DNA from: Promethearchaeia archaeon
GTDB lineage: Archaea; Asgardarchaeota; Lokiarchaeia; Sigyniarchaeales; SOKP01
Assembly: GCA_029856045.1 (NCBI GenBank)
Contig: JAHQWG010000028.1
Location: 96,001-160,000, forward strand
Length of the DNA: 64,000 bases
Reading direction: 5' to 3'
The notes under the pieces: generated by a model
The model's database searches: none
Seen by the model: the letters and a program-made list of their open reading frames with translations, nothing else
What the model was told of the DNA's origin: nothing
Shown here: positions 39,019 through 49,159 of the stretch, piece after piece
Position numbering within the stretch: the stretch's first letter is position 1
Layout of the letters: the number at the start of each line of letters is the position of its first letter
Program-made: the position numbers and the translations under genes

Positions 39019-42000
39019 TTATGTTCTTCTAGATAATATTAATACAACTACACCGAGAGCTGCCAAGCAAACTCCTCCTACAGCCATTCCCATGAATATC
39101 CCACTACCTAGTGTATATGGATCTGCTGGTAATCCCATTTCTTCTTTTGCAAGAACAGGAACAACATTGTCTCTAAAGTTTGTTATCCATGTGGTCATCA
39201 TCCCCATTTGGGTATTACTCAAACCAAAAGTTGCTTTTAGCTCAGTATATTCATTAGAACTTGAATCCGCTGCCTTATACCATTTCTGAAGACCACTGGG
39301 GTCAACTATTGATGAGGAGTTTCTTTTATCAAAAAGAATCTCAGCAACTGATAACGAAATACTTGATGCCGTCGGACAACCTACTTCTAATCCTGTAATA
39401 TTATCAAATGGGAGTACAATTCCTTCTGGAAACATTTTCTCACCGAGAATCGTACAATTAGCCCACTGTTCAAAGAATAGTACTTCTGCATAATCCGATA
39501 AGGACATTCCTAACTCTTCTGCTGCGAGAATTGGGACAACATCGTCTTTAAATGAATTTTCCCATAGCCAATCAAGGATTAAACTCATTTGGGTTGTATC
39601 CAAACCAAAAGTTGTGCGTAATTCAGTTTGAACTGTAGTATCTGTAGCTGCATCAAGCCATTTATCAATTCCAGTATCATTAACAAATGTTGAGCCATTT
39701 ACCTCATTCCAGAGAAGTTCACATACAGCAAGAGAGATATTTGATTCTGTTGGAATACCTACTTCGAAACCAGTAAGACCACCACCTAGATCCAATCCTT
39801 GTGGATACACAGCTTCACCGAGAATTGTACCATTAGCCCATTGTTCATAGAAAAGAGTTTTTGCATATGATGGTATTGTCATTCCTCTTCCCAATGTTGG
39901 ATCAGCAAAAAGAGCTGGAACGAAAATATCTATAATATCTTCTAACCAGTCGAGCATTAATCCCATTTGGGATATATCCAAACCAAATGTTCCACTTAGA
40001 TTTAACCAAATGTCAAGTTCTGTAGCTGCATCGCGCCATTTTAGAAGTCCAGTATCATTTACAAATGATGAGGGGTTTGTATCATCCCAAAGTGCATAAC
40101 ATGCTGTGAGCGAAATACCAGAGGAGGTTGGAACACCTACTTCAAAGAGTCCTTTAAGCGCTTCCCCTCCTGAAATTGGGAGATCAATTCCATCTGGATA
40201 TTGAGGTATACCTTGGATAGTTCCATTAGCCCATTGTTCATATACTAGAATTTCTGCATAAACCGTTGTTGTCATTCCATATCCTCCTAAAGCCACTGGG
40301 AGTGCAAAGAATGGGGGAACAATATTTTCCTTAACTATGGTAAATAACCAAGGGAGAATTAATTCAATTTGGCCCGAAGCCAGACCGAAAGTAGCGTTTA
40401 ATAAACTCTCTATTGTTGTATTTCCTTCAGATGCTAAATACCAAGATCCAAATCCGGTGGTTGTATTGATAAATGAATATGGATTTGAAATATCCCAGAG
40501 AGCTTTAGCAGATGTATATGAAATATTTGATGGATTGGGTGGAAGTCCAACTTCAAATCCAATGACAGGTCCAACTAAATCCCCAATAAAATCACTGAAA
40601 TCAATTCCGCCTGGAAACATTTCCTCCCCAAGCATTGTACCATTAGTCCATTGTTCGTAGAACATATATTCAGGAGCAGCATCCAATGTTATGAGATATT
40701 CATATGAAAAGAGAGTTGGTGCAACAATGAGTGTCCAACTATATAACCAGCCAAGAAGTGCATTCATTTTATCATTTCCCAAACCAAGAGTCGTATTTAA
40801 GACTGCATAACTAGCAGGATCTCCAGCTAATGCACCGAGCCATACCATAAGTCCAGCACTATTGATAAGTGAATAGGAGTATGACGAATTCCATAGATCT
40901 ATGGCCGTCGTAAGCGAAATATTAGATCCATATGGATAAATACCCACTTCAAACCCATAGAGGGTTCCAGGGAGACCAAGAAATTCATTAAAGTTAAGTC
41001 CTAGTGGAAACATAACCTCACCGAGAATTGTACCATTAGCCCATTGCTCATAGAATATAATTTCTGGAGCTGCCTCCAGTGATATCCCTTTTTCAGTCTC
41101 AAAAAGAATTGGGGCAATATTTAGCATCCAATTATATAGCCAACCAAGCACTATTCCCATTTGAGTATCATTCAGACCAAAAGTTGTCTTTAAGGCTATA
41201 TAACTAGCAGGATCCCCAGCTAATGCACCAAGCCATACCATAAGTCCAGTATCATTAACAAAAGATGAGGAATTCATATGATCCCAAAGATCTAAAGCTG
41301 TCATATAAGAAATATTAGTTTTGATCGGAATACCCGCTTCAAATCCATAGAGGGGATCATCATATCCTTCAATAAAAAGACTCATGTCAAGTCCATCTTC
41401 GGAAATCGTGGCATTAGCCCATTGTGCATAGAATATAAATACTGCCAATTGTGATGGAGTCATACCACCATACATCAATGGAACATAAAAAGGAACCTCA
41501 ACAGTCCACAAATAGTTTTGTATATATCCTGCTATAGCACCTAGGTTGGCCCAAGTTGTATTATAGCCCGCTTTCATTAAGCCCTGTATAGTGACATTTC
41601 CAGCTGCTCCTAACGCATAGTATCCCATAAATTCTAACAGTCCTATACCTAAGTCAGTATCTGTTATTAATCCTGGCAGTCCATAAATTGGGTTCCCATA
41701 TAATAAATAGTCTTGACCAGGCCGTGTATAGCTGAGATTTAACATACCAGAGGTCATATTCTCTGAAACACCTTGAACTGGACATGTTGTATTTTTCTGG
41801 ATAGTTTTGTTATTGAAAAAATGTTCTTTACCAAGAGTCAAATCACCTGAAAAAGTAATGTATCCTAAAAAATCTATGGTTTGATTAATTAGTTTTGCTG
41901 CGGTTGAACCATTGACTATATCAGGTAAAGCTCCCATTGCCCTGCTTTTAGTTTCGTTTAAAGTCTCAAGATAAGCTGTAAAATTAATCATATTTTCAAT

Positions 42001-42444
42001 TTCTGGAATGAATTGAGTTTTAGTTTCATTAAGAGTATTAAGATATGCTGTAAAATTGACCAAGTTTTCAATTTCTGGAATAATTTGAGTTTTAATTCCA
42101 CCTAAAACCTCAGGAATTGCTTGGGTCTTGACATTATCATCAAATACCGGAATTGCCATTCCTTTTACTGTCTTAAGAATTTCAAGAATTGCTTCAGACT
42201 CCACCATATTCTCAATTTCTGGGAGAGCTCCGTCTCTGATACCTGATAGCACAGTAGGAATTCCCAAAACTTTAACGTTTTCTTCTAATTCAGGTTCTAC
42301 TTGATCCTTAATACCCAAAAGTGCCTCAGGAACGCCTTTAGAGACCTCATTACGAAGGTAATCATTTATTACAAATCCACTTGGTATTAAAAGACCACCA
42401 ATTACTAATAATAAAATTGATGCTGTTAATTTTTTAGTAGACAT
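39019..42444 (-). CDS. 1141-aa repeat-rich membrane-anchored (probably glyco)protein
   Basis: N- and C-terminal hydrophobic helices, six ~125-139-aa xEQWANxT repeats, N-terminal 12/24-aa proline-punctuated repeats, many NxS/T sequons. Confidence 0.85.
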   Translation of the reverse strand: MSTKKLTASILLLVIGGLLIPSGFVINDYLRNEVSKGVPEALLGIKDQVEPELEENVKVLGIPTVLSGIRDGALPEIENMVESEAILEILKTVKGMAIPVFDDNVKTQAIPEVLGGIKTQIIPEIENLVNFTAYLNTLNETKTQFIPEIENMINFTAYLETLNETKSRAMGALPDIVNGSTAAKLINQTIDFLGYITFSGDLTLGKEHFFNNKTIQKNTTCPVQGVSENMTSGMLNLSYTRPGQDYLLYGNPIYGLPGLITDTDLGIGLLEFMGYYALGAAGNVTIQGLMKAGYNTTWANLGAIAGYIQNYLWTVEVPFYVPLMYGGMTPSQLAVFIFYAQWANATISEDGLDMSLFIEGYDDPLYGFEAGIPIKTNISYMTALDLWDHMNSSSFVNDTGLMVWLGALAGDPASYIALKTTFGLNDTQMGIVLGWLYNWMLNIAPILFETEKGISLEAAPEIIFYEQWANGTILGEVMFPLGLNFNEFLGLPGTLYGFEVGIYPYGSNISLTTAIDLWNSSYSYSLINSAGLMVWLGALAGDPASYAVLNTTLGLGNDKMNALLGWLYSWTLIVAPTLFSYEYLITLDAAPEYMFYEQWTNGTMLGEEMFPGGIDFSDFIGDLVGPVIGFEVGLPPNPSNISYTSAKALWDISNPYSFINTTTGFGSWYLASEGNTTIESLLNATFGLASGQIELILPWLFTIVKENIVPPFFALPVALGGYGMTTTVYAEILVYEQWANGTIQGIPQYPDGIDLPISGGEALKGLFEVGVPTSSGISLTACYALWDDTNPSSFVNDTGLLKWRDAATELDIWLNLSGTFGLDISQMGLMLDWLEDIIDIFVPALFADPTLGRGMTIPSYAKTLFYEQWANGTILGEAVYPQGLDLGGGLTGFEVGIPTESNISLAVCELLWNEVNGSTFVNDTGIDKWLDAATDTTVQTELRTTFGLDTTQMSLILDWLWENSFKDDVVPILAAEELGMSLSDYAEVLFFEQWANCTILGEKMFPEGIVLPFDNITGLEVGCPTASSISLSVAEILFDKRNSSSIVDPSGLQKWYKAADSSSNEYTELKATFGLSNTQMGMMTTWITNFRDNVVPVLAKEEMGLPADPYTLGSGIFMGMAVGGVCLAALGVVVLILSRRT

Positions 42445-43044
42445 AACATATACTAATTTGTCTATGTTTTATTTAAATATATCGACAAACATATCCATAT
42501 AGGTTTTTTCTTCTCCCAGTTCAAAAATGACTAAACATGAAAAGAACAAACTTAAAACAAAAATACTTTCTTGAGATTATACTTTAATAAATCTTTGAAG
42601 AAATTTAAGAGTGAAATCAAGTGAGCTATTTATTTAATAATTTGTTTCGTTTTTCAAAATATTTAAAATTTTTTCTATAATCATTATATCTTTCTTCAGG
42701 TGGTTCTTTTAAAAATTGCGGGTCAACTTTATGAAATTATCTACTTCACGAATTTGGGATAAGTAAAAAAAGAAAAAAGTCAGATTCTTGCAAATCCTCA
42801 TATATCACTATTATCTCCAGAAAAAATTAATAACAACATAGTAAAGATTTGAACATTATTTTAAGCAGAAAAATAAATACTTCTAATTTCTGTAAATCAG
42901 CCATATTTCCCCTTGTTTTGAGATGTCCTTCAATAAAAACCTTTATTGGGGGGCAATATTTCCATAAGCAATATCTCCAAAAAGTTCAGAATTCATTTCT
43001 ATAAAGGAATTTTATACATAATTTGAGATTAAATATAAAAAAAG

Positions 43045-44190
43045 TTATGGTAATCCCATTGATAAATAGGTTGGACAATAAAGAGGTTTTTCAAATTTTG
43101 GGATTGATAAACCGCTTTTCATAGCTTTTAACATAATGACTTCCATGGGATGTTGTAAAAGACCTATACTAGTAAATGCTCTTCTTAAGTCAACATCAGA
43201 TTTTGTACTTAGATATATAAAAACTCCTTCTTTCCGTTGAACAGTCGCTTTAAGAATTTTATCAATTAAATATAAATACCCAAAATGCAAATCCCTTTTA
43301 TTCATGAAATAGGATTTATCAAGATAAATTTCATGAAGAAGGGAGAAACCAAACTTGAATTTTAGTTTTTTTAAGCACAATAGTGAACTTGTGAGAGTAC
43401 CTCCTCCAATTGTAACACCATTTTTTTTGATGAGAACATAAGTTGGCTCATAATCTTTATTGGGAACGTTGATTCGCATCCATCGATATATCTTTCGATC
43501 ATATGGATAAAAACCAGTATAATTTTTGGAAAGAATTCGATTTATGACATCCATAACTTCCCAATGTCTATTATTATGCACGATTTCATAGGAAAAATTT
43601 CTAAAAGATGAGTCTAATTTAATTCTTAATCGATTTAAAAATCTCCCGCCATAATTTAATGTAACAAATATAGGGAGTGCTGGGGAAAGAAGTGGATTAT
43701 CTTTAATAAACTTAAGAAAATATGGAAATCCGATGGTCGCGTACCCATGTTCAACATCTTCATATCCCATCTTTAAGTAAATTTTTTCTCGTGGAAAACC
43801 TTTAGGATCTGCTGTAAGGATAGAGTAATCACAATCCCTTGATTGCATATAACTAAATGCCATCTCCATTAATTTTTTTGCAATCCCCTGGCGTGTATAA
43901 CGAGGATCTGTGCTAACATCATTAACATCACCTACTAGATACTCATTACTATTAAAAAGCACCCTTTCAACTCGATTAACAATAACCATGCCTACGAGTC
44001 TATCATTCTCTGAATCTTCAGCAATTTGAATCATCTCGGGTTCAAAATCAGGATCAGAAGGATAACGCCAATGCCATTTGCTTTCTGTATCAATTCGTGA
44101 AATACCAGTCATTTGGAATGCATCAACAAATAAATGCGCAAGTTGCTTCTCGTCTCCCTCATTATAATGACGATATGTTATATTAACCAT
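43045..44190 (-). CDS. GNAT family N-acetyltransferase
   Basis: DVSTDPRYTRQGIAKKLM acetyl-CoA motif A, YLKMGY. Confidence 0.85.
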   Translation of the reverse strand: MVNITYRHYNEGDEKQLAHLFVDAFQMTGISRIDTESKWHWRYPSDPDFEPEMIQIAEDSENDRLVGMVIVNRVERVLFNSNEYLVGDVNDVSTDPRYTRQGIAKKLMEMAFSYMQSRDCDYSILTADPKGFPREKIYLKMGYEDVEHGYATIGFPYFLKFIKDNPLLSPALPIFVTLNYGGRFLNRLRIKLDSSFRNFSYEIVHNNRHWEVMDVINRILSKNYTGFYPYDRKIYRWMRINVPNKDYEPTYVLIKKNGVTIGGGTLTSSLLCLKKLKFKFGFSLLHEIYLDKSYFMNKRDLHFGYLYLIDKILKATVQRKEGVFIYLSTKSDVDLRRAFTSIGLLQHPMEVIMLKAMKSGLSIPKFEKPLYCPTYLSMGLP

Positions 44191-44379
44191 GGTCTATTTA
44201 ATCAGTTCCATTTATAAATAAAATATAATTTAATAGGAATTTAATTTTTTATTTCAAAAATATTAACATGTAAAAAATACGGAGATTTTCGTTAAATTAA
44301 AATAGTTTTAAATTTAATTAAATTTTATTAACATATTTATAAATATAATTTAAAAATCCTATTTTACTTAGAATATAAT

Positions 44380-44739
44380 GTGATTTTTATGGGAGAAAGA
44401 AATATTCAAGGAATATTAGAATCTTTACGTGAGATTAAAGGCGTTCATGGAGCAGTTTTAATTGAGAAATTTGCAGGAATTGTAGGTGAAGCCCTTCCCG
44501 GCTGGATTGATAGTGATGCAATCTCTGCCATGGTTAATTTGATTCTTAAAGTGGGCCAAAGAGCTACAAAAGAATTAGAACAAGGTTCATTTATTAGTGC
44601 CACATTAGAAAATACAATGGGAAAGCTTTTATTTTCTGAAGTAGCTGGTAAAATTTTATGTGTAATCGCAACGAACGAAGCTAAGCTGGGGATTATCAAA
44701 TTAAAATTAGATGCTGCGAAGAAGGCTTTAACTGGTTAA
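44380..44739 (+). CDS. roadblock/LC7 domain protein
   Basis: IKGVHGAVLI...G, ISAMV, ELEQG, AKLGIIKL pattern. Confidence 0.85.
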   Translation: MIFMGERNIQGILESLREIKGVHGAVLIEKFAGIVGEALPGWIDSDAISAMVNLILKVGQRATKELEQGSFISATLENTMGKLLFSEVAGKILCVIATNEAKLGIIKLKLDAAKKALTG

Positions 44740-44740
44740 A

Positions 44741-46219
44741 TTAACTCTTTTTATATTTTTTTATTTTATTAGAAAGTAACTCTAATAAGATTTCTCGAGT
44801 TAATTCTGGGTCTAATCGACCTTTTGTTTTTTTCATACACTTTCCAATTAAAGCTTCTAAAGCTCGTGGATTCTTTTCAAAATCTCTTATTATATCTAGA
44901 TTATCTGTAATTACTTCTTTTGTAATTTTAAGAATATATTCTTTATCAGAAATTCTTCTCTTACCTGTTTTTTCAATTAAAGCTTTAACATTAAATCCCA
45001 CCATAAGATCTGGAATAAAAGATTTGGCTATTTTTCCAGTTATTTTACCATCTTTAATAGCATTTATTAAATCTACAAGATGTTTTGGTGTTATTTTGGT
45101 TTCTTGTATTATCTTATTATTATTATTTAACCATCTCGAAATATCATTCATTAACCAATTACAATATAATTTATATTCTTCAGAGTCAAAAGATGGGTCA
45201 GATTTTACTCCTTCTTCATAAAAATCAGCGAAATTTTTATCCAGAACTAAATTATATGAGTCAAATTCAGTCAATCTATATTCTTTTCGAAACCTTACTG
45301 ATCTCTCATTTGGCATTTCTGGTAATTCACTTTTAACTTTTTGAATAAAATCGCTATTAATTTCTATTGGAACTAAATCTTGTTCAGGAAAATAGCGATA
45401 ATCCTCCTCCAATTCCTTAGTTCGTAATGGAATTGTGATCCTTCTTTTATCATCCCAATGTCTTGTTTCTTGAATTAATTTTTTTCCTCTTTTAAGTATG
45501 TTTTTTTGCCTAATAATTTCGTGTCTTAAAGCTCTTTCAACTTCTTTAAAACTGTTGATATTTTTAACTTCACTGCGATCGTAGCCCTTTATCGAAATAT
45601 TTGCATCAACTCTAACTGAACCTTCAAGCTCGAGATTTGAAATTCCTGTATATTGAACGATTGATTTTAATTGTTTGAGAAATTCTCTAGCTTCTTCTGG
45701 AGAACTAATGACGGGTTCAGAAACAATTTCAATTAAACAAACACCAGAACGGTTATAATCTATTAAAGTGAATGGTGAAGTTGCTATGCTTCCCTTATGT
45801 ACTAACCGTGCAGGATCCTCTTCAAGATGAATTCTATTCAAAATTATATCTTTTTTATGATTATTTAATCTAATAGTTGTTTTTCCCCCATCTGCAAAAG
45901 CTTTGCCCCCTGCTTTATTATACTGGCTAATCTGGAATCCTTTAGGGAGATCTGGATAAAAATAATTCTTTCGAAAGAACCAAAATTGATTATTGATTTT
46001 ACAATCTAAAGCTAATGCTAATCTAATAGCAAGTTCGATTACTTTTTTGTTAACAACAGGAAGTGAACCTGGTAAGCCAATACAAATAGGACAAACATGA
46101 GTATTTGGTTCTGTGCCTCGATAATCATTACTGCAGCTACAAAAAAGTTTGGTTTTGAGATTTGTTAATTGAATATGAATTTCTAATCCAATCATTATTT
46201 CATTATTTTGGATACTCAT
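44741..46219 (-). CDS. gatB: Asp/Glu-tRNA amidotransferase subunit B
   Basis: IGLEIHIQL, TKLFC, RKNYFYPDLPKGFQISQ, HLEED, RVDANIS, DYRYFPE. Confidence 0.96.
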   Translation of the reverse strand: MSIQNNEIMIGLEIHIQLTNLKTKLFCSCSNDYRGTEPNTHVCPICIGLPGSLPVVNKKVIELAIRLALALDCKINNQFWFFRKNYFYPDLPKGFQISQYNKAGGKAFADGGKTTIRLNNHKKDIILNRIHLEEDPARLVHKGSIATSPFTLIDYNRSGVCLIEIVSEPVISSPEEAREFLKQLKSIVQYTGISNLELEGSVRVDANISIKGYDRSEVKNINSFKEVERALRHEIIRQKNILKRGKKLIQETRHWDDKRRITIPLRTKELEEDYRYFPEQDLVPIEINSDFIQKVKSELPEMPNERSVRFRKEYRLTEFDSYNLVLDKNFADFYEEGVKSDPSFDSEEYKLYCNWLMNDISRWLNNNNKIIQETKITPKHLVDLINAIKDGKITGKIAKSFIPDLMVGFNVKALIEKTGKRRISDKEYILKITKEVITDNLDIIRDFEKNPRALEALIGKCMKKTKGRLDPELTREILLELLSNKIKKYKKS

Positions 46220-46229
46220 GATTTTTCCC

Positions 46230-47702
46230 TCATTTTATTGCAGGTACAGTTTTTCGATAAATATTCAGTTCTTGCTCTAATTGATATCCGATGTTAAGAA
46301 TACCCTTTTCATCAAAATAATTGCCAATAATTTGAAATCCTATAGGCAAATCATTACTATCAAAACCACAAGGGATTGTTATTGCAGGTAAACCAGCAAG
46401 GTTAACGGGACATGTTAACACATCATCCATGTACATTTGTAATGGATCATCTACTTTCTCTCCAATTTTAAACGCTGTTGAGGGCATTGTTGGACAAATA
46501 ATAAAATCACATTTTTTATAGGCTTCTTGAAAATCTTTTTTGATTAAAGTTCTCACTTTCAGAGCCTTAATATAATACATGTCGTAGTATCCAGCAGATA
46601 AAGCATAAGTGCCTAAAAAGATTCTTCTTTTTACTTCAGTTCCTAAACCTTCATTTCTGGTCCTGCTAAAAACATCATAAACATCGCCTTTTAAATTTTG
46701 ACTCATTTTTCCATACCTTAGCCCATCATATCTCGCTAAATTCGAGCTTGCTTCACTCATACATAGTAAATAATACGTAGCGACAGTATATTCAAGATGT
46801 GGAATTGTCACCTCTACTGTAGTTCCTCCTAAACTTTCCAATTTTTTAATTGAGTTTTTTACTGAGCTTTTTACTTCATTATTGACCCCTTCTCCAAAAA
46901 ATTCTTCGGGGACTCCTAAAATCTTTTTATCGATTGATTTTTTTAATTCTGCGGTGTATTTATCTACTTTTATATTTACTGAAGTGGAATCCAAGGGATC
47001 TTTACCAGCCATAATTTCAAGTAATAATGCTGAATCGTATACACATTTAGTTATTGATCCAATTTGGTCTAATGAGTTGGCAAATGCCACTAAACCATAC
47101 CTTGAGATCCTTCCATACGTCGGTTTTAATCCTACAACACCGCAAAATGAAGCAGGACATCGAATACTTCCACCTGTATCACTTCCTAAAGCTAATATTG
47201 TCTGTCCTGATGCGATACTGGCCGCAGAACCACCACTTGATCCTCCAGGAACTCTTGAAATATCCCATGGATTGAATGTAGGTCCATAACAGCTGTTTTC
47301 TGTAGAACTTCCCATAGCAAATTCATCCATATTTGTATTTCCAATATGAATTGCTCCCTCTTGTTCTACAAGACGTTCAATGACGAAAGCATTGTATGGA
47401 GGATGATATCCCTTTAATATTTTTGAACAACAAGTAGTAGGAAAACCTTTTAGACAGATTAAATCTTTATTTGCTAAAGGTAGTCCACAAAGTTTCCCAA
47501 CTTTTTTACCTTTTTGAATTTTTATATCATATTCTTTTGCCTTTTTGAGTGCTTTATCTTTTGATAGATTGATAAAAGAATGAAGGAGATTATCAGTTGC
47601 CTCAATTCTGTCAAATGTTGATTGAATTAAATCACTAACTGTAATTTCTTTATTTATTATCTTTTCGATTAATTCATATCCCATGTAATTGTAGAGTTCC
47701 AT
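46230..47702 (-). CDS. gatA: Asp/Glu-tRNA amidotransferase subunit A
   Basis: NMDEFAMGSS, GGSSGGSAA, GSDTGGSIRCPAS, SSNLARYDG; ATG at 47702 preferred over TTG at 47711. Confidence 0.96.
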   Translation of the reverse strand: MELYNYMGYELIEKIINKEITVSDLIQSTFDRIEATDNLLHSFINLSKDKALKKAKEYDIKIQKGKKVGKLCGLPLANKDLICLKGFPTTCCSKILKGYHPPYNAFVIERLVEQEGAIHIGNTNMDEFAMGSSTENSCYGPTFNPWDISRVPGGSSGGSAASIASGQTILALGSDTGGSIRCPASFCGVVGLKPTYGRISRYGLVAFANSLDQIGSITKCVYDSALLLEIMAGKDPLDSTSVNIKVDKYTAELKKSIDKKILGVPEEFFGEGVNNEVKSSVKNSIKKLESLGGTTVEVTIPHLEYTVATYYLLCMSEASSNLARYDGLRYGKMSQNLKGDVYDVFSRTRNEGLGTEVKRRIFLGTYALSAGYYDMYYIKALKVRTLIKKDFQEAYKKCDFIICPTMPSTAFKIGEKVDDPLQMYMDDVLTCPVNLAGLPAITIPCGFDSNDLPIGFQIIGNYFDEKGILNIGYQLEQELNIYRKTVPAIK

Positions 47703-47806
47703 TAATAACAAACCAAACTTCTTAATAATTTAGAATAAACTTCTCTTAAATTAAATTATTTTTGATCATATTGTGTATTTCTAAAAAATTTAACTGTAGT
47801 GCTACA

Positions 47807-49114
47807 TTAAGGTGCTTTTCTGGTTAAAGTTCTAGGGAAAGGAATGGCATCTTTAATATTATCCAACCCACAGATCCAAGAAACGACTCTTTCCACACCT
47901 AAACCATAACCTGAATGAGGAACACTGCCATATCGTCTCAAATCAAAATACCAGTCATAATTTTTTGGATCTTCGCCATCTACTTCTAATCTCTGAATCA
48001 TATCACTCACGGATGTATTTCTTTCTGACCCACCGATAATTTCACAATATCCTTCTGGAGCTAACATATCAAAACATAATGCTTCTTTAGGATTTTCTTC
48101 ACTGGGTGGTTTATAAAAACCCATAATTTCTGTGGGATAATGTGTGACAACCACAGGAACCTTAAAATGTTCTACTATTTTTTCTTCTTCAATAGTTCTT
48201 AAATCCTTACCCCAAGGAACATTCATTTGGTATTTCTTATTAAGAAGATCTAAAGCTTCTGCATACTTAATTGTAGGATATTCTGCTTTCGTGTAATGCT
48301 CTAGAAACTTAATATCTCTCTTTAAAATTTCAAGTTCTTTCCTATTATGTTTTAAAACTTTTTGTATAATAAATCTGATTTCGTCTTTTGCAACTTCGGT
48401 GACCTCATCAAGCTTCATCCATGCAGCTTCCATTTCAGCCATCCAAAATTCTGCTAAATGTCTGGAAGTTTTTGATCTTTCTGCTCTAAAAGTTGGTCCC
48501 ATATTGTAAATTTTCCCTAATGTAAAAATCCCAGCCTCAGCATATAATTGCCATGTTTGGCTTAGATAGATTTTATCTTCAAAATATTTAACTTCAAATA
48601 ATGTAGCACCACCTTCGGACTGGATAGGTTGGAAAATTGGCGCGTCAAATTCATAATAACCCCGATTTCTAAAAAATTCATGAATAGCCCCAACAATTGT
48701 ATGTCGAATTTTTAAAACTGCGTTTAATTTCCTTGATCTTAACCATAAATGCCTATTATCATATAAAAGTTCGGGTGATTGATATTCTGTAATTGGAAAA
48801 GGTTCGGAAATTTGGATAATTTCTAAATCAGTTACAGAAATTTCATAACCTGTGGGAGCTCTTTCATCCTTCTTTAATTCACCCGAAACTTTGATTGAAG
48901 ATTCAGTTGTTAATTGTTCAGCTTTTTCAAAGAGTTCTGGATTTCTATCTTTAGAAATAACACATTGTATTATGTCAGATTCATCCCTTAAAACAATGAA
49001 TACAAATTTGTTCGATTTTCTTATTCTATGTACCCAACCTCTCAAATTTACATTAGTAGATTCCTTTTTCAGAGCTTCCTTAATTGTTATATATTTTGAT
49101 TCTTTCATTGCCAA
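47807..49114 (-). CDS. asnS: asparagine--tRNA ligase
   Basis: OB-fold N-terminus, RHLWLRS, FRAERSKTSRHLAEFW, EIIGGSER, RRYGSVPHSGYGLGVER. Confidence 0.85.
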   Translation of the reverse strand: MAMKESKYITIKEALKKESTNVNLRGWVHRIRKSNKFVFIVLRDESDIIQCVISKDRNPELFEKAEQLTTESSIKVSGELKKDERAPTGYEISVTDLEIIQISEPFPITEYQSPELLYDNRHLWLRSRKLNAVLKIRHTIVGAIHEFFRNRGYYEFDAPIFQPIQSEGGATLFEVKYFEDKIYLSQTWQLYAEAGIFTLGKIYNMGPTFRAERSKTSRHLAEFWMAEMEAAWMKLDEVTEVAKDEIRFIIQKVLKHNRKELEILKRDIKFLEHYTKAEYPTIKYAEALDLLNKKYQMNVPWGKDLRTIEEEKIVEHFKVPVVVTHYPTEIMGFYKPPSEENPKEALCFDMLAPEGYCEIIGGSERNTSVSDMIQRLEVDGEDPKNYDWYFDLRRYGSVPHSGYGLGVERVVSWICGLDNIKDAIPFPRTLTRKAP

Positions 49115-49159
49115 ATTAGATCACACTATTTGTTAATTTATTTGGGATAAAAATTAAAT

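Noticed and set aside
39019-42444. DNA repeats as a CRISPR array or mobile element
   Set aside because: The repeats are in-frame protein repeats, not repeat-spacer units; no cas or transposase genes are in the window.
42660-43000. Interrupted coding-like sequence on the - strand (MNSELFGDIAYGNIAP...)
   Set aside because: Several stops and frameshifts and no identifiable family, so a pseudogene call cannot be supported.
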